A stretch of 64,000 nt of DNA from Candidatus Poriferihabitaceae bacterium (GTDB lineage: Bacteria; Pseudomonadota; Gammaproteobacteria; Arenicellales; Poriferihabitantaceae). The stretch is taken from contig OZ244914.1 in NCBI GenBank assembly GCA_965221795.1, forward strand, positions 2,112,974 through 2,176,973. Direction: 5' to 3'. Shown here piece by piece: positions 1 through 8,850 of the stretch (position 1 is its first letter; every line of letters begins with the position of its first letter). The notes under the pieces were generated by a model. It saw nothing but the letters and a program-made list of their open reading frames with translations. It made no database searches and was not told the origin of the DNA. A program made the translations under genes and the position numbers.

Positions 1-78
1 CCCTTGTGAGCCTGGGATCATGGTGAGAGGTCATAGCTTACCATGCCATCTTTCCACCTGCCCGGTCGCATCAGGGTG

Positions 79-648
79 TCAGCGGATTTCTATCGCTGCT
101 GCTTGCGGCCTCTGTGAGAGGATATAGGACATGGTATCCGACTTGCCAGACGACAGTCGTTCCAGTGTACCAAAAGCATGCTCCAACTCTCCTTCAGCCA
201 GCACATATTCGGCCCGGAATGTAGGGCGTATGCTCAGATACCGTTCATTGAAGGTCTTGTAAAAGAGGATGCCGCCGGGGGCCAGCGCATCAATCAGAAG
301 AGGGTACAGTGTACGATTCAGGTAGCGGACCACCACGATCAGGTCGAAGTGGTTGCATGGCAGTTCAATCCGGTCCAGATCCATTATGGCAGGATAGACT
401 GGAAGGCCGAGACGCAATGCAGCCCGATGACATGCCACCAATCCATTGATGGCACCGTCCACAGCAATCACTTGATAGCCGAGCTGGGCCAGGTACAGCG
501 CATTGGCACCTTGACCACAAGCTAACTCCAGTGCCAGACCTCGACCCAGAAGTGGTGGCGTCCTGTGCACCAGTTCCGGCTCCCCGGCCGGCTCCACCGA
601 GACCATGGCCGCATATTTGCGGTTCCAACGGTCTATATCCTCTTGCAT
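79..648 (-). CDS. Class I SAM-dependent methyltransferase (TehB-like)
   Basis: 189 aa; motif I ALELACGQGANALYLA, VDGA and FDLIVVVRYL..LAPGG; co-oriented downstream of moeA. Confidence 0.75.
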   Translation of the reverse strand: MQEDIDRWNRKYAAMVSVEPAGEPELVHRTPPLLGRGLALELACGQGANALYLAQLGYQVIAVDGAINGLVACHRAALRLGLPVYPAIMDLDRIELPCNHFDLIVVVRYLNRTLYPLLIDALAPGGILFYKTFNERYLSIRPTFRAEYVLAEGELEHAFGTLERLSSGKSDTMSYILSQRPQAAAIEIR

Positions 649-653
649 GTTGT

Positions 654-1904
654 TCAGGTAGCGGAACGGAAGGGCTGCACTTCGACCCAGTCCCCCGGAG
701 TCGCGCCATCCGATTCATCCGGGAGGATAATGTAACAGTTAGCGGCGCTCATGGAATGCAGGATGCCGGAACCCTGATCCCCGGTAGAGTGAACAACGGT
801 TCGACCTTCGGCATCCTGCCTCAGAATACCGCGCTGATATTCCATGCGGCCCGGCCGTTTCCGCAGTTTGGACTGGGTAGGGACCCGAATGCGCAGTTCT
901 CCCGATGATATCTCGCCTGACATCTTTTGCAGTGCTGCCCGGACAAAAATCTCAAACGTCACCATGACTGATACTGGATTGCCTGGCAAGCCAAAGAAAA
1001 CGGCATCGCCCACGATGCCGAAAGACAAGGGACGCCCGGGCTTGATGGCGACCTTCCAGAACATGACCTCGCCCAGCTTGGCCAAGGTATCCTGGACATA
1101 ATCTGCTTCGCCGACCGAAGCGCCGGCCGAGGTGATGATCATATCGGCACAACCGCTCGCCGCTTTGAATGCTTGGCGGATTGCGACTGGATCATCCCGC
1201 ACAATCCCGAGATCGACCATCTCTACGCCGGACTCGCTAAGCATGCCGTACAAGGTGTAGCGGTTGGAGTCATACAGTTCCCCGACTTCAATGGGTTCGC
1301 CCACGGAGCGCAATTCATCTCCATTCGAGAAGAATGCTACCCTGGGTCGACGAAAAACCGGCAATTCGGAGAACCCCAAGGAAGCAGCCAGCCCAAGGTG
1401 GGAAGGCCCTATCCGGATGCCCATTGGCAGGGCGATATCGCCGACATTCAGGTCTTCTCCGGCTAGGCGCACATTGGCCCCTGCTTTTTCTTGGGAAGAG
1501 ATCCGAACGGCATTTCCTTCCAGGGTGACCCGCTCCTGCATCACTACCGTATCGGTGCCGGCTGGCATCACCGCCCCCGTCATGATGCGCACGCACTGTG
1601 CGCTGCTCACCGGCTCCCGGAAAGGCTTGCCGGCAAATGCTGTGCCAATCACATGGAACATGCGTTCTCCACTGTCTGGCAATGCACTGCCTTTGAGGGC
1701 ATACCCGTCCATGGCCGAATTGGTATGGTTTGGCACCGGTACCCGACTGGGCACATTCCGGGCGATGACGCGCCCAAGCGCCTGGCGCAGGCCGACACTT
1801 TCGATCTGAGTCACCGGCTCAATCGCGGGCATGATCCGTTCCATGGCAGTCGTGGTGCGGATTGATGACGGGTCAAAATCACAGTTTGGATCTAGTGGCT
1901 TCAT
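654..1904 (-). CDS. moeA: Molybdopterin molybdotransferase (gephyrin-like Glp)
   Basis: SAMDGYA, RIMTGA, FSNGDEL, GLPGNPVS and C-terminal GDQGSGILHSM motifs. Confidence 0.95.
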   Translation of the reverse strand: MKPLDPNCDFDPSSIRTTTAMERIMPAIEPVTQIESVGLRQALGRVIARNVPSRVPVPNHTNSAMDGYALKGSALPDSGERMFHVIGTAFAGKPFREPVSSAQCVRIMTGAVMPAGTDTVVMQERVTLEGNAVRISSQEKAGANVRLAGEDLNVGDIALPMGIRIGPSHLGLAASLGFSELPVFRRPRVAFFSNGDELRSVGEPIEVGELYDSNRYTLYGMLSESGVEMVDLGIVRDDPVAIRQAFKAASGCADMIITSAGASVGEADYVQDTLAKLGEVMFWKVAIKPGRPLSFGIVGDAVFFGLPGNPVSVMVTFEIFVRAALQKMSGEISSGELRIRVPTQSKLRKRPGRMEYQRGILRQDAEGRTVVHSTGDQGSGILHSMSAANCYIILPDESDGATPGDWVEVQPFRSAT

Positions 1905-1922
1905 TTTTGTCCTTTGGGCCCT

Positions 1923-2444
1923 CTAGGATAAGGGCCGGTTCCAGTTACCGGACTGCCCCCCGGATTTGTGCACCAGACGAATGCCCCCTATTTCCATGCC
2001 TCGATCAATCGCCTTGCACATATCGTAGATTGTCAAGAGCGCAGTCTGGACACCCGTCAGAGCCTCCATCTCCACTCCGGTACGTTCCAAAGTTTCGGTA
2101 GTGACGTTGCAGAAAACTTGATTGGCTTTCGATTCGATTGTCAGCGCGAGATCAATCCGAGTCAACATGATTGGATGGCATAGCGGGATGAGCTCGGCCG
2201 TTTTTTTGGCAGCCATGATTCCCGCCACCCGGGCGACAGCAAGCACATCTCCTTTCTTGTGGTTTCCGGCTGCAATCAGTGCCAGGGTTTCCTGCCGCAT
2301 GCGGATATGGCCTTCGGCCACGGCCCGTCGTCGCGTGACGGCCTTGGCACCCACGTCCACCATATGGACATCTCCCGTTTCGTTGAAATGAGTAAGGGTC
2401 TTGTCGTTTGGCACGTCGGAAATGGAATGGGATTGGAGTTGCAT
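1923..2444 (-). CDS. moaC: Cyclic pyranopterin monophosphate synthase
   Basis: [41 protein letters not shown] motifs; exact start uncertain. Confidence 0.95.
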   Translation of the reverse strand: MQLQSHSISDVPNDKTLTHFNETGDVHMVDVGAKAVTRRRAVAEGHIRMRQETLALIAAGNHKKGDVLAVARVAGIMAAKKTAELIPLCHPIMLTRIDLALTIESKANQVFCNVTTETLERTGVEMEALTGVQTALLTIYDMCKAIDRGMEIGGIRLVHKSGGQSGNWNRPLS

Positions 2445-2497
2445 GTGCTATTGTAAGGTGAAACAGAATCCCATAGGTCATCTATACGCAAATCGCC

Positions 2498-3667
2498 ATG
2501 CCGGATCACAGTATCGTCTTTTCTATTTTTCTGATCTTTTCCGGTGCCGCATTTTTAGCAACAGTGACACTGTACCTGCGTCAGGCCATGCTCATTGCCT
2601 ATCTGGTTCTGGGCGCCTTGCTCGGTCCCTGGGGCCTTGGCCTAGTCACGGACGCAGATCTGATTCAGGACATTGCTCGGATTGGGATCATTTTTCTCCT
2701 GTTCCTATTGGGACTGAATCTGTCCCCGCAAAAATTGCTGCACCTGCTGCGTGAAACCATCTGGGTCACGCTGATTTCTTCGTTGGTCTTCAGTATATCG
2801 GCTGGCGGCATCGCCTGGCTGTTTGGTTTTGGCTGGATTGATACGTTGGTGATCGGAATATCAGCCGCATTTTCCAGCACCATCATCGGTCTCAAACTGC
2901 TGCCGACCACCGTATTGCATCACCGCCACGCCGGGGAGGTGATCATCAGTGTGCTGTTGTTGCAGGACCTGATCGCCATCATTGCTATGCTGGTGCTTCA
3001 AGGCATGGGCAAGGGGAATCTCCCACTAGCCGAAGTCGCCTTGCTGTTCGTAGCCCTCCCGGCGTTGGTCGTGGGAGCCTGGCTTGGCCAGAAATGGGTG
3101 CTGATTCCTCTCTTTTCCCGATTCGACCGAATTCAGGAATATGTTTTCCTATTGACTATCGGCTGGTGTCTGGCGATTGCCCAGTTGGCAGAGTCGTTGG
3201 GACTCTCCTATGAAATCGGTGCATTCATCGCTGGCGTGGCGATTGCCACATCCCCCATGGCTCTCTATATTGCAGAGAGTTTGAAATCTCTCCGGGATTT
3301 CTTTCTGGTGATGTTCTTTTTCGGAATCGGTGCCGGATTTGATCTGCAGGCCGCTGCGGGAGTGTTGGTGCCTGCAAGTCTGATTGGCGTGGGACTGTTG
3401 CTGCTGAAGCCGGTGGTTTTTCGTTTTGCCCTGGTGGGTCAGTCCGAGTCCAGTCGCCTTGCTTGGGAAACCGGTGTCCGATTGGGGCAGATGAGTGAGT
3501 TTTCCCTACTGATCGTTTTTGTGGCGGCCAGCCATGGACTGATCAGCGAAGATGCTTCGCTGCTGGTGCAGGTTGCTACTGTAATTAGTTTTGTGTTCTC
3601 GGCTTGGTATATTGTCCTGCGCTATCCGACACCCATCGCTGTGAATGAGAAGCTCCGGCGGGATTGA
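2498..3667 (+). CDS. CPA2-family cation:proton antiporter (KefC-like, no KTN domain)
   Basis: 389 aa highly hydrophobic; FSST.I.LK, LLLQDL, GAFIAG, LRDFFL.MFF, GQMSEFS motifs. Confidence 0.9.
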   Translation: MPDHSIVFSIFLIFSGAAFLATVTLYLRQAMLIAYLVLGALLGPWGLGLVTDADLIQDIARIGIIFLLFLLGLNLSPQKLLHLLRETIWVTLISSLVFSISAGGIAWLFGFGWIDTLVIGISAAFSSTIIGLKLLPTTVLHHRHAGEVIISVLLLQDLIAIIAMLVLQGMGKGNLPLAEVALLFVALPALVVGAWLGQKWVLIPLFSRFDRIQEYVFLLTIGWCLAIAQLAESLGLSYEIGAFIAGVAIATSPMALYIAESLKSLRDFFLVMFFFGIGAGFDLQAAAGVLVPASLIGVGLLLLKPVVFRFALVGQSESSRLAWETGVRLGQMSEFSLLIVFVAASHGLISEDASLLVQVATVISFVFSAWYIVLRYPTPIAVNEKLRRD

Positions 3668-4087
3668 GCTTCTTCCTCTCTTGCATGCTGGCGGGAGCTC
3701 CTGCTGTTATTCCATGACCGGCCCGGATTCGGAAACGTGGAACGGCGGATATTACAATGGCTGCAATCCGTGGCGAGATGGTTCTTTACGGCGTTCCTCT
3801 TCATGACCCCCGCTTCGACCGGGAGGTACACTGACTCGAATGCAGGGATCGGGCGAATAGTCGGCCGTTCCACGACTCCTGCCGATCACCGGGCCCAATG
3901 CCTGCACCTTAGCGGGAGAATTGCTATTGCTGCAGTGCAGCAGTCAGGTCGCAAAAATGATTCCATTCGTAGTATACTAAAAGTCCGCTACAATAAACCC
4001 ACAAGTCGAGTCCGTAGCTGGCGTGCAGAGAGCTAAACGGTTGGGATACTCGATTCATTTGATCTTCAAAATGGTTACGATCACACC

Positions 4088-5164
4088 ATGAATGCATCTT
4101 CTGATTCTTCGGCACCGCCTGTTTTCGTTACCGGTGCAACTGGACATGTGGGTGCCAATCTTGTCCATCGCCTTCTTAACGAAGGCAAAAAAGTTCGGGT
4201 CCTGCTGAGAAGGGGAAGCAACCATGCCGCAATGGAAGGCCTTGAGGTTGAGCGCGTCTATGGCGACCTTCGGGACCTGCAGTCCACCCGGACCGCCATG
4301 GAGGGTTGCCAAGGGGTCTATCACGTAGCGGCTAAGATTTCCACGATTGATGGCAATCGCGCCTATCGCCGCGAATTATATGAATGCAATGTTCTTGGTA
4401 CCCGTAATATACTTCAGGCTGCGCGGGAATGCGAAGCCGGCCGGGTAGTGGTGACGGGCTCTTTCAGCGCGGTCGGTTACGACTTGGATAACCCGTCTGT
4501 ACCAAGCGATGAAACCATGCAGTTCTTTCCTATGGAGCGCACGATGCCGTATGAACGCAGCAAGGCCTTTGTCGAGCATGAGTGCTGGCGTGCTGTTGTC
4601 AAGGGACAGGATGTGATTGTCGCTACCTGCTGTGCCGTGGTTGGAGGCTGGGATTATTTTCCCTCCCGATTAGGAAGAACCATGTGCGACTATACTGACG
4701 GCAAGCTTCGGGCCTATGTCGATGGCGGCTTCGAGTTCGTCGCTGCACGGGATATTGTGGAAGGGCATTTGCTTTGCATGGAGAAAGGACGTTCTGGCGA
4801 AAAGTACATTTTCAGTAGTGAGTATAAAACCATCTCTGAAATCCTGGATCTGTATGAAGAAGTGTCGGGGATCCCTCGTCCGGGGAAACGGATTCCGAGC
4901 CAAATAATGCTCGCATTTTCCGAGGTAGCGAGCGCCTACCTAAGTCGTTTTCATCCTACTTTTCCCCAGCGATTCACGCCCGGTGCCATTCGCCTGCTGC
5001 GATTGTGTCGTCACGCGAATACGTCCAAGGCGAGGCAGGAACTGGGTTATCAACCGACCACTATCCGAGCGGCGGTGCAGGAGGCCTATTCGTTTCATTA
5101 CCATCACCGTCATGCCATCACCAATCCACAAGCCAAACCTCCCAGCGAGGACATCGCGAAGTAA
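4088..5164 (+). CDS. NAD-dependent epimerase/dehydratase, 3beta-hydroxysteroid dehydrogenase-like (candidate SdmB)
   Basis: Extended SDR: VFVTGATGHVG, NVLGTRN, catalytic YERSK; first gene of the sterol operon. Confidence 0.85.
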   Translation: MNASSDSSAPPVFVTGATGHVGANLVHRLLNEGKKVRVLLRRGSNHAAMEGLEVERVYGDLRDLQSTRTAMEGCQGVYHVAAKISTIDGNRAYRRELYECNVLGTRNILQAARECEAGRVVVTGSFSAVGYDLDNPSVPSDETMQFFPMERTMPYERSKAFVEHECWRAVVKGQDVIVATCCAVVGGWDYFPSRLGRTMCDYTDGKLRAYVDGGFEFVAARDIVEGHLLCMEKGRSGEKYIFSSEYKTISEILDLYEEVSGIPRPGKRIPSQIMLAFSEVASAYLSRFHPTFPQRFTPGAIRLLRLCRHANTSKARQELGYQPTTIRAAVQEAYSFHYHHRHAITNPQAKPPSEDIAK

Positions 5165-5222
5165 TGTGTAAAAGTTAAGCATTAAGAGTTCTTTTCAATG
5201 CCCACCTGTCAACTATTGCCGA

Positions 5223-6332
5223 ATGAAGATGAATGTAAATTCGAGACTGGATGGCCCCCCTGTATTTGAGGAGGCCAACAACCTGCGCCAGAAAGTGCGT
5301 GCCACGGGCCTCGACCCCGATTATTGGTATGCAGTAGAAGAAGTAGGTAATATCAAGCCGGGAGGTGTCACTGAAGTCATTTTCTGGAAACACTCCATCG
5401 CACTGTATCGTTCTGCAGACGGCTCGTTTCATGCCCTCGAAAATCGTTGTGCACATCGTCAGGTCAAACTCTCTCTGGGCGATGTCGAAGGCTGTCAACT
5501 GGTGTGCCCGTACCATGGCTGGTCATATGATGAAACCGGCCGCCGGGCCGATAACCGGAAGGAGGGGGATGACGGGTCGCTGATCAAGCCTTCTATCAAA
5601 AGCTATCCGGTGCAGGTCCGTTATGGCCTGGTCTGGTTGTTTCCGGGCAACCCAGAGCGTGCGCAAGAGCGGCAAATCCCGGATATTCCTGAACTGGAAG
5701 GACGGAATCGTTGGGCCTGCGTCCCTCTCAGTTTCACCTGGTCGGCTCATCACTCAATGATTATTGACAACGTGAGCGATTTCACCCATGCTCACCTGCA
5801 CCGTCGATATCGACCCTTCGACGGCGCTACCCTTACCCATAGTGAAACCATTGGCGATAATGTCCATCTGTCCTACGATACTCAGGTTGGGCGCGGGCCA
5901 ATCTCCGGACGGTTCGTCGATCACAAGAAGCTGAACACCAATCGCATGGAGCTTTGCTACCAGTATCCTTATCAATGGTCGAATACCGATGATGCCATCA
6001 AGCATTGGCTGTTCGTGTTGCCGATCAATGAGCGGACTACCCGGGTCTTCTTCATGTTCTACTTCAAATCATTGAAGATCCCCTTCATTCCGATCAAAAT
6101 CCCCCGTTTTGCGATGACCGGGATTATGACCATATCCAACCGCCTTCTCATCGCACCCTTGCTGGATCAGGACCGATATGCCGTGGAGGCGGAGCAGGAG
6201 GGTTACGAGAAGTATTGGGATGCCCGTCCCATCGAATTCAACCCGGTCGTGAAGTCGTTCCAGGAAGTGACGGTGCGGAAATGGCAGGAATTCCTGGAGC
6301 GAGAAAACGGGGGCCGCGTTGCTGTCGACTGA
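5223..6332 (+). CDS. Rieske non-heme iron oxygenase (candidate sterol C-4 demethylase SdmA)
   Basis: Rieske ligands CAH...CPYH; mononuclear iron motif DNVSDFTHAHLH; operon context. Confidence 0.88.
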   Translation: MKMNVNSRLDGPPVFEEANNLRQKVRATGLDPDYWYAVEEVGNIKPGGVTEVIFWKHSIALYRSADGSFHALENRCAHRQVKLSLGDVEGCQLVCPYHGWSYDETGRRADNRKEGDDGSLIKPSIKSYPVQVRYGLVWLFPGNPERAQERQIPDIPELEGRNRWACVPLSFTWSAHHSMIIDNVSDFTHAHLHRRYRPFDGATLTHSETIGDNVHLSYDTQVGRGPISGRFVDHKKLNTNRMELCYQYPYQWSNTDDAIKHWLFVLPINERTTRVFFMFYFKSLKIPFIPIKIPRFAMTGIMTISNRLLIAPLLDQDRYAVEAEQEGYEKYWDARPIEFNPVVKSFQEVTVRKWQEFLERENGGRVAVD

Positions 6333-6339
6333 CCTCCAC

Positions 6340-7437
6340 ATGCCCTGGTCGTCCATGCTATCAGCCTCTGCCTTGCTGGAGGCTACTGCCATGATCGTGG
6401 CCTTTTTCGGGTTCCTGTTTGTGGGCTCAATGATCCTCCCGGGGCGTCGGATTGAGGGAGGGGAAGCAGAAGGGAAGGTAATCACCTACAAGCTCAATGG
6501 GCTCGCCTTGTTTCTGGCTACTGCAGCGTTTATGTCGCTTGTCCAGTTTTTCGGTTGGTTTTCCCTGTCCGCCTTATACACCCACTTTGGGGCACTTTTC
6601 GTAGTGGTCAATGTGGTCTCCTTTGCCCTTTCTGGCTGGCTGTATTGGAAAGGTATCCGGGACCGGGGCGCGTCGCCTGGATCCCCTGGGGTGTGGCGAG
6701 GATTTTTCTACGGTGTGGAACTCAATCCGAGTGCTTTTGGGGTGGATCTGAAGTTGTACAGTTATCGTCCCTCTCTGATCGGCCTGGCTCTGTTAAATGC
6801 TTCATTTGCGGTCGTGCAGTATGAGACCTATGGTTACCTGACCTTGGCCATGATTCTCTATCAGGCGTTTACTTTTCTGTATGTGCTTAACTATTTCCAG
6901 TTCGAGTATGGAATGATCCATACTTGGGATATTGTCAGCGAGCGCTTTGGATGGATGCTGGTCTGGGGCGATTATGTTCTCGTGCCGTTTTTCTACTGTA
7001 TTCCAGGTTGGTGGCTGGTGAATGCATCCGAATCGGTACCGCTGTCTCCGGTATCGGCCACGCTGATCATTCTTCTATTTGTGTTCGGCTTTTGGGTTTT
7101 TCGAGGCACCAATGGGCAAAAGCATCGCTTCAAGTCTGATCCGAACACCCGGATTTGGGGACGCCCGGCCCAGTCCTTGGATGGTCGTCTATTGGTTTCC
7201 GGGTTCTGGGGGATCGGCCGGCATCTTAACTACACGGGCGAAATCTGTGTCTATCTTTCCTTTGCCCTGACGACTGGATTCGCTTCCTGGATCCCGTACC
7301 TGTTACCTGCCTGGCTCGCCAGTCTGTTATGGCATCGTTCCCGGCGGGATGAACGTCGCTGTCATGCCAAATACGGGGAGTTGTGGGAGCGTTACACAAA
7401 GCGTGTTCGCTACCGGATGTTGCCTTTGATCTACTAA
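6340..7437 (+). CDS. ERG4/ERG24-family sterol reductase (probably Delta14)
   Basis: FFYGVELNP, D....FGWML.WGD...VPF.Y, NGQKHRF, LLVSGFWG..RH.NYTGE, DE.RC..KYG..W..Y...V.Y...P.IY; ATG at 6340 chosen over TTG 6319. Confidence 0.9.
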   Translation: MPWSSMLSASALLEATAMIVAFFGFLFVGSMILPGRRIEGGEAEGKVITYKLNGLALFLATAAFMSLVQFFGWFSLSALYTHFGALFVVVNVVSFALSGWLYWKGIRDRGASPGSPGVWRGFFYGVELNPSAFGVDLKLYSYRPSLIGLALLNASFAVVQYETYGYLTLAMILYQAFTFLYVLNYFQFEYGMIHTWDIVSERFGWMLVWGDYVLVPFFYCIPGWWLVNASESVPLSPVSATLIILLFVFGFWVFRGTNGQKHRFKSDPNTRIWGRPAQSLDGRLLVSGFWGIGRHLNYTGEICVYLSFALTTGFASWIPYLLPAWLASLLWHRSRRDERRCHAKYGELWERYTKRVRYRMLPLIY

Positions 7438-7449
7438 GCCGCCTGGATT

Positions 7450-8850
7450 ATGACTGCACAATCCCAAAATTCGATTGATCCTGGACCAGATGTAGTCGCC
7501 CCCCGTCTGAGCGGGGGTTGGCCGTTGGTGGGCCATTTGCCGAGTTTTCTGAAAGATCCGGTCTCACTGTTGCAGCGCGGCTGGCAGGAAAAGGGGGATT
7601 TATATCGTTTTCGACTCGGCCCACGTGATTTTGCCCTGTTTACTGGACCCGAGGCCCATGACTTCTATTTCAGGATGCCAGAAGAGGAATTGAACGCCAA
7701 GGCGGTATACCAGTTCACGGTGCCGATCTTCGGGCGTGGTGTGGCATACGATGTCGCCCCCGAACTGATGGCGGAACAGCTGGGATTCCTGTTCCCGGCA
7801 CTTCGTGATTCGTCCATGCGCCGGTTTGCCAAAATCATGTTTGCCGAGGCTTCGCGGTTTGCCGACTCTCTCGGCACTGAAGGAGAAATCGACCTGCCGT
7901 ATGCGATGAATGAACTGACTGTCCGAATTGCCAGTCATTGTCTCATTGGAGACGAGGTCCGCAATCAAGTCGATTCCGGATTTGCTGAAGCCTATCATGA
8001 ACTGCAAAATGGGATCAATACGCTGGGATTCTTCTTTCCCAAACTGCCTACTGCGGGCCATCGCTCCCGCGATCGTGCCCGGAAAAAAATTGCCGAGATC
8101 TTCGGCCAGGTGATGGCCAAACGCCGACGTTCTGGTATCAAGGGAGAAGATTTCATGCAGACCCTGATGGACGCTTGTTACCAGGACGGTCGGTCGTTGA
8201 GCGACGAGGAGATTACCGGTATTCTCGTGACTGTGTTGTTCGCGGGTCAGCATACCAGTGCGATACTCGGAACCTGGACCGCTCTGGAACTGCTGCGAGA
8301 TGCTGCGTACGTGGCCCGGGTGAGAGAGGAAGTGGAAAGTCTCTATTCTGAAACCGGCACCATGGATCTGGATGGTCTGAAGCGACAGGTTACCCTGGAG
8401 TATGCGGTCAGGGAAGGCGAACGATTACACCCCCCCTTGATTATACTGATTCGCAAGGTGCTCAGCCCCTTGCAGTATGGCAGCTATACGTTGCCGGTCG
8501 GTACCTTAGCCATGGTCTCGCCGGCCGTCTCCCACCGGTTGCCCCATATCTTTTCTGATCCGGATCGTTTTTTTCCGGATCGGTTTGCGCCACCTGCTAG
8601 CGAAGACAAAAAGCACCACTACACCCTGATCGGCTTTGGCGGTGGCAAACATCGTTGCATGGGGAAGAATTTTGCCATTATGCAGTTGAAAGTGATTCTG
8701 GCGGTGTTGTTTGAGCGCTTTGATTTTCGTCTCAATGCTGCCTTTCCCTCCCCGAACTATGGTAGTTGGGTGACTGGCCCCCGGGAGCCCTGCCGACTCC
8801 ATTATCGTCGACGCCCAAATGCGGGGGTATTCCAACCTGTATCGTCATGA
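7450..8850 (+). CDS. cyp51: Sterol 14alpha-demethylase, cytochrome P450 CYP51
   Basis: CYP51 signatures Y.FTVPIFG.GV.YD and I-helix FAGQHTS; EGERLHPP; heme motif FGGGKHRC. Confidence 0.9.
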   Translation: MTAQSQNSIDPGPDVVAPRLSGGWPLVGHLPSFLKDPVSLLQRGWQEKGDLYRFRLGPRDFALFTGPEAHDFYFRMPEEELNAKAVYQFTVPIFGRGVAYDVAPELMAEQLGFLFPALRDSSMRRFAKIMFAEASRFADSLGTEGEIDLPYAMNELTVRIASHCLIGDEVRNQVDSGFAEAYHELQNGINTLGFFFPKLPTAGHRSRDRARKKIAEIFGQVMAKRRRSGIKGEDFMQTLMDACYQDGRSLSDEEITGILVTVLFAGQHTSAILGTWTALELLRDAAYVARVREEVESLYSETGTMDLDGLKRQVTLEYAVREGERLHPPLIILIRKVLSPLQYGSYTLPVGTLAMVSPAVSHRLPHIFSDPDRFFPDRFAPPASEDKKHHYTLIGFGGGKHRCMGKNFAIMQLKVILAVLFERFDFRLNAAFPSPNYGSWVTGPREPCRLHYRRRPNAGVFQPVSS

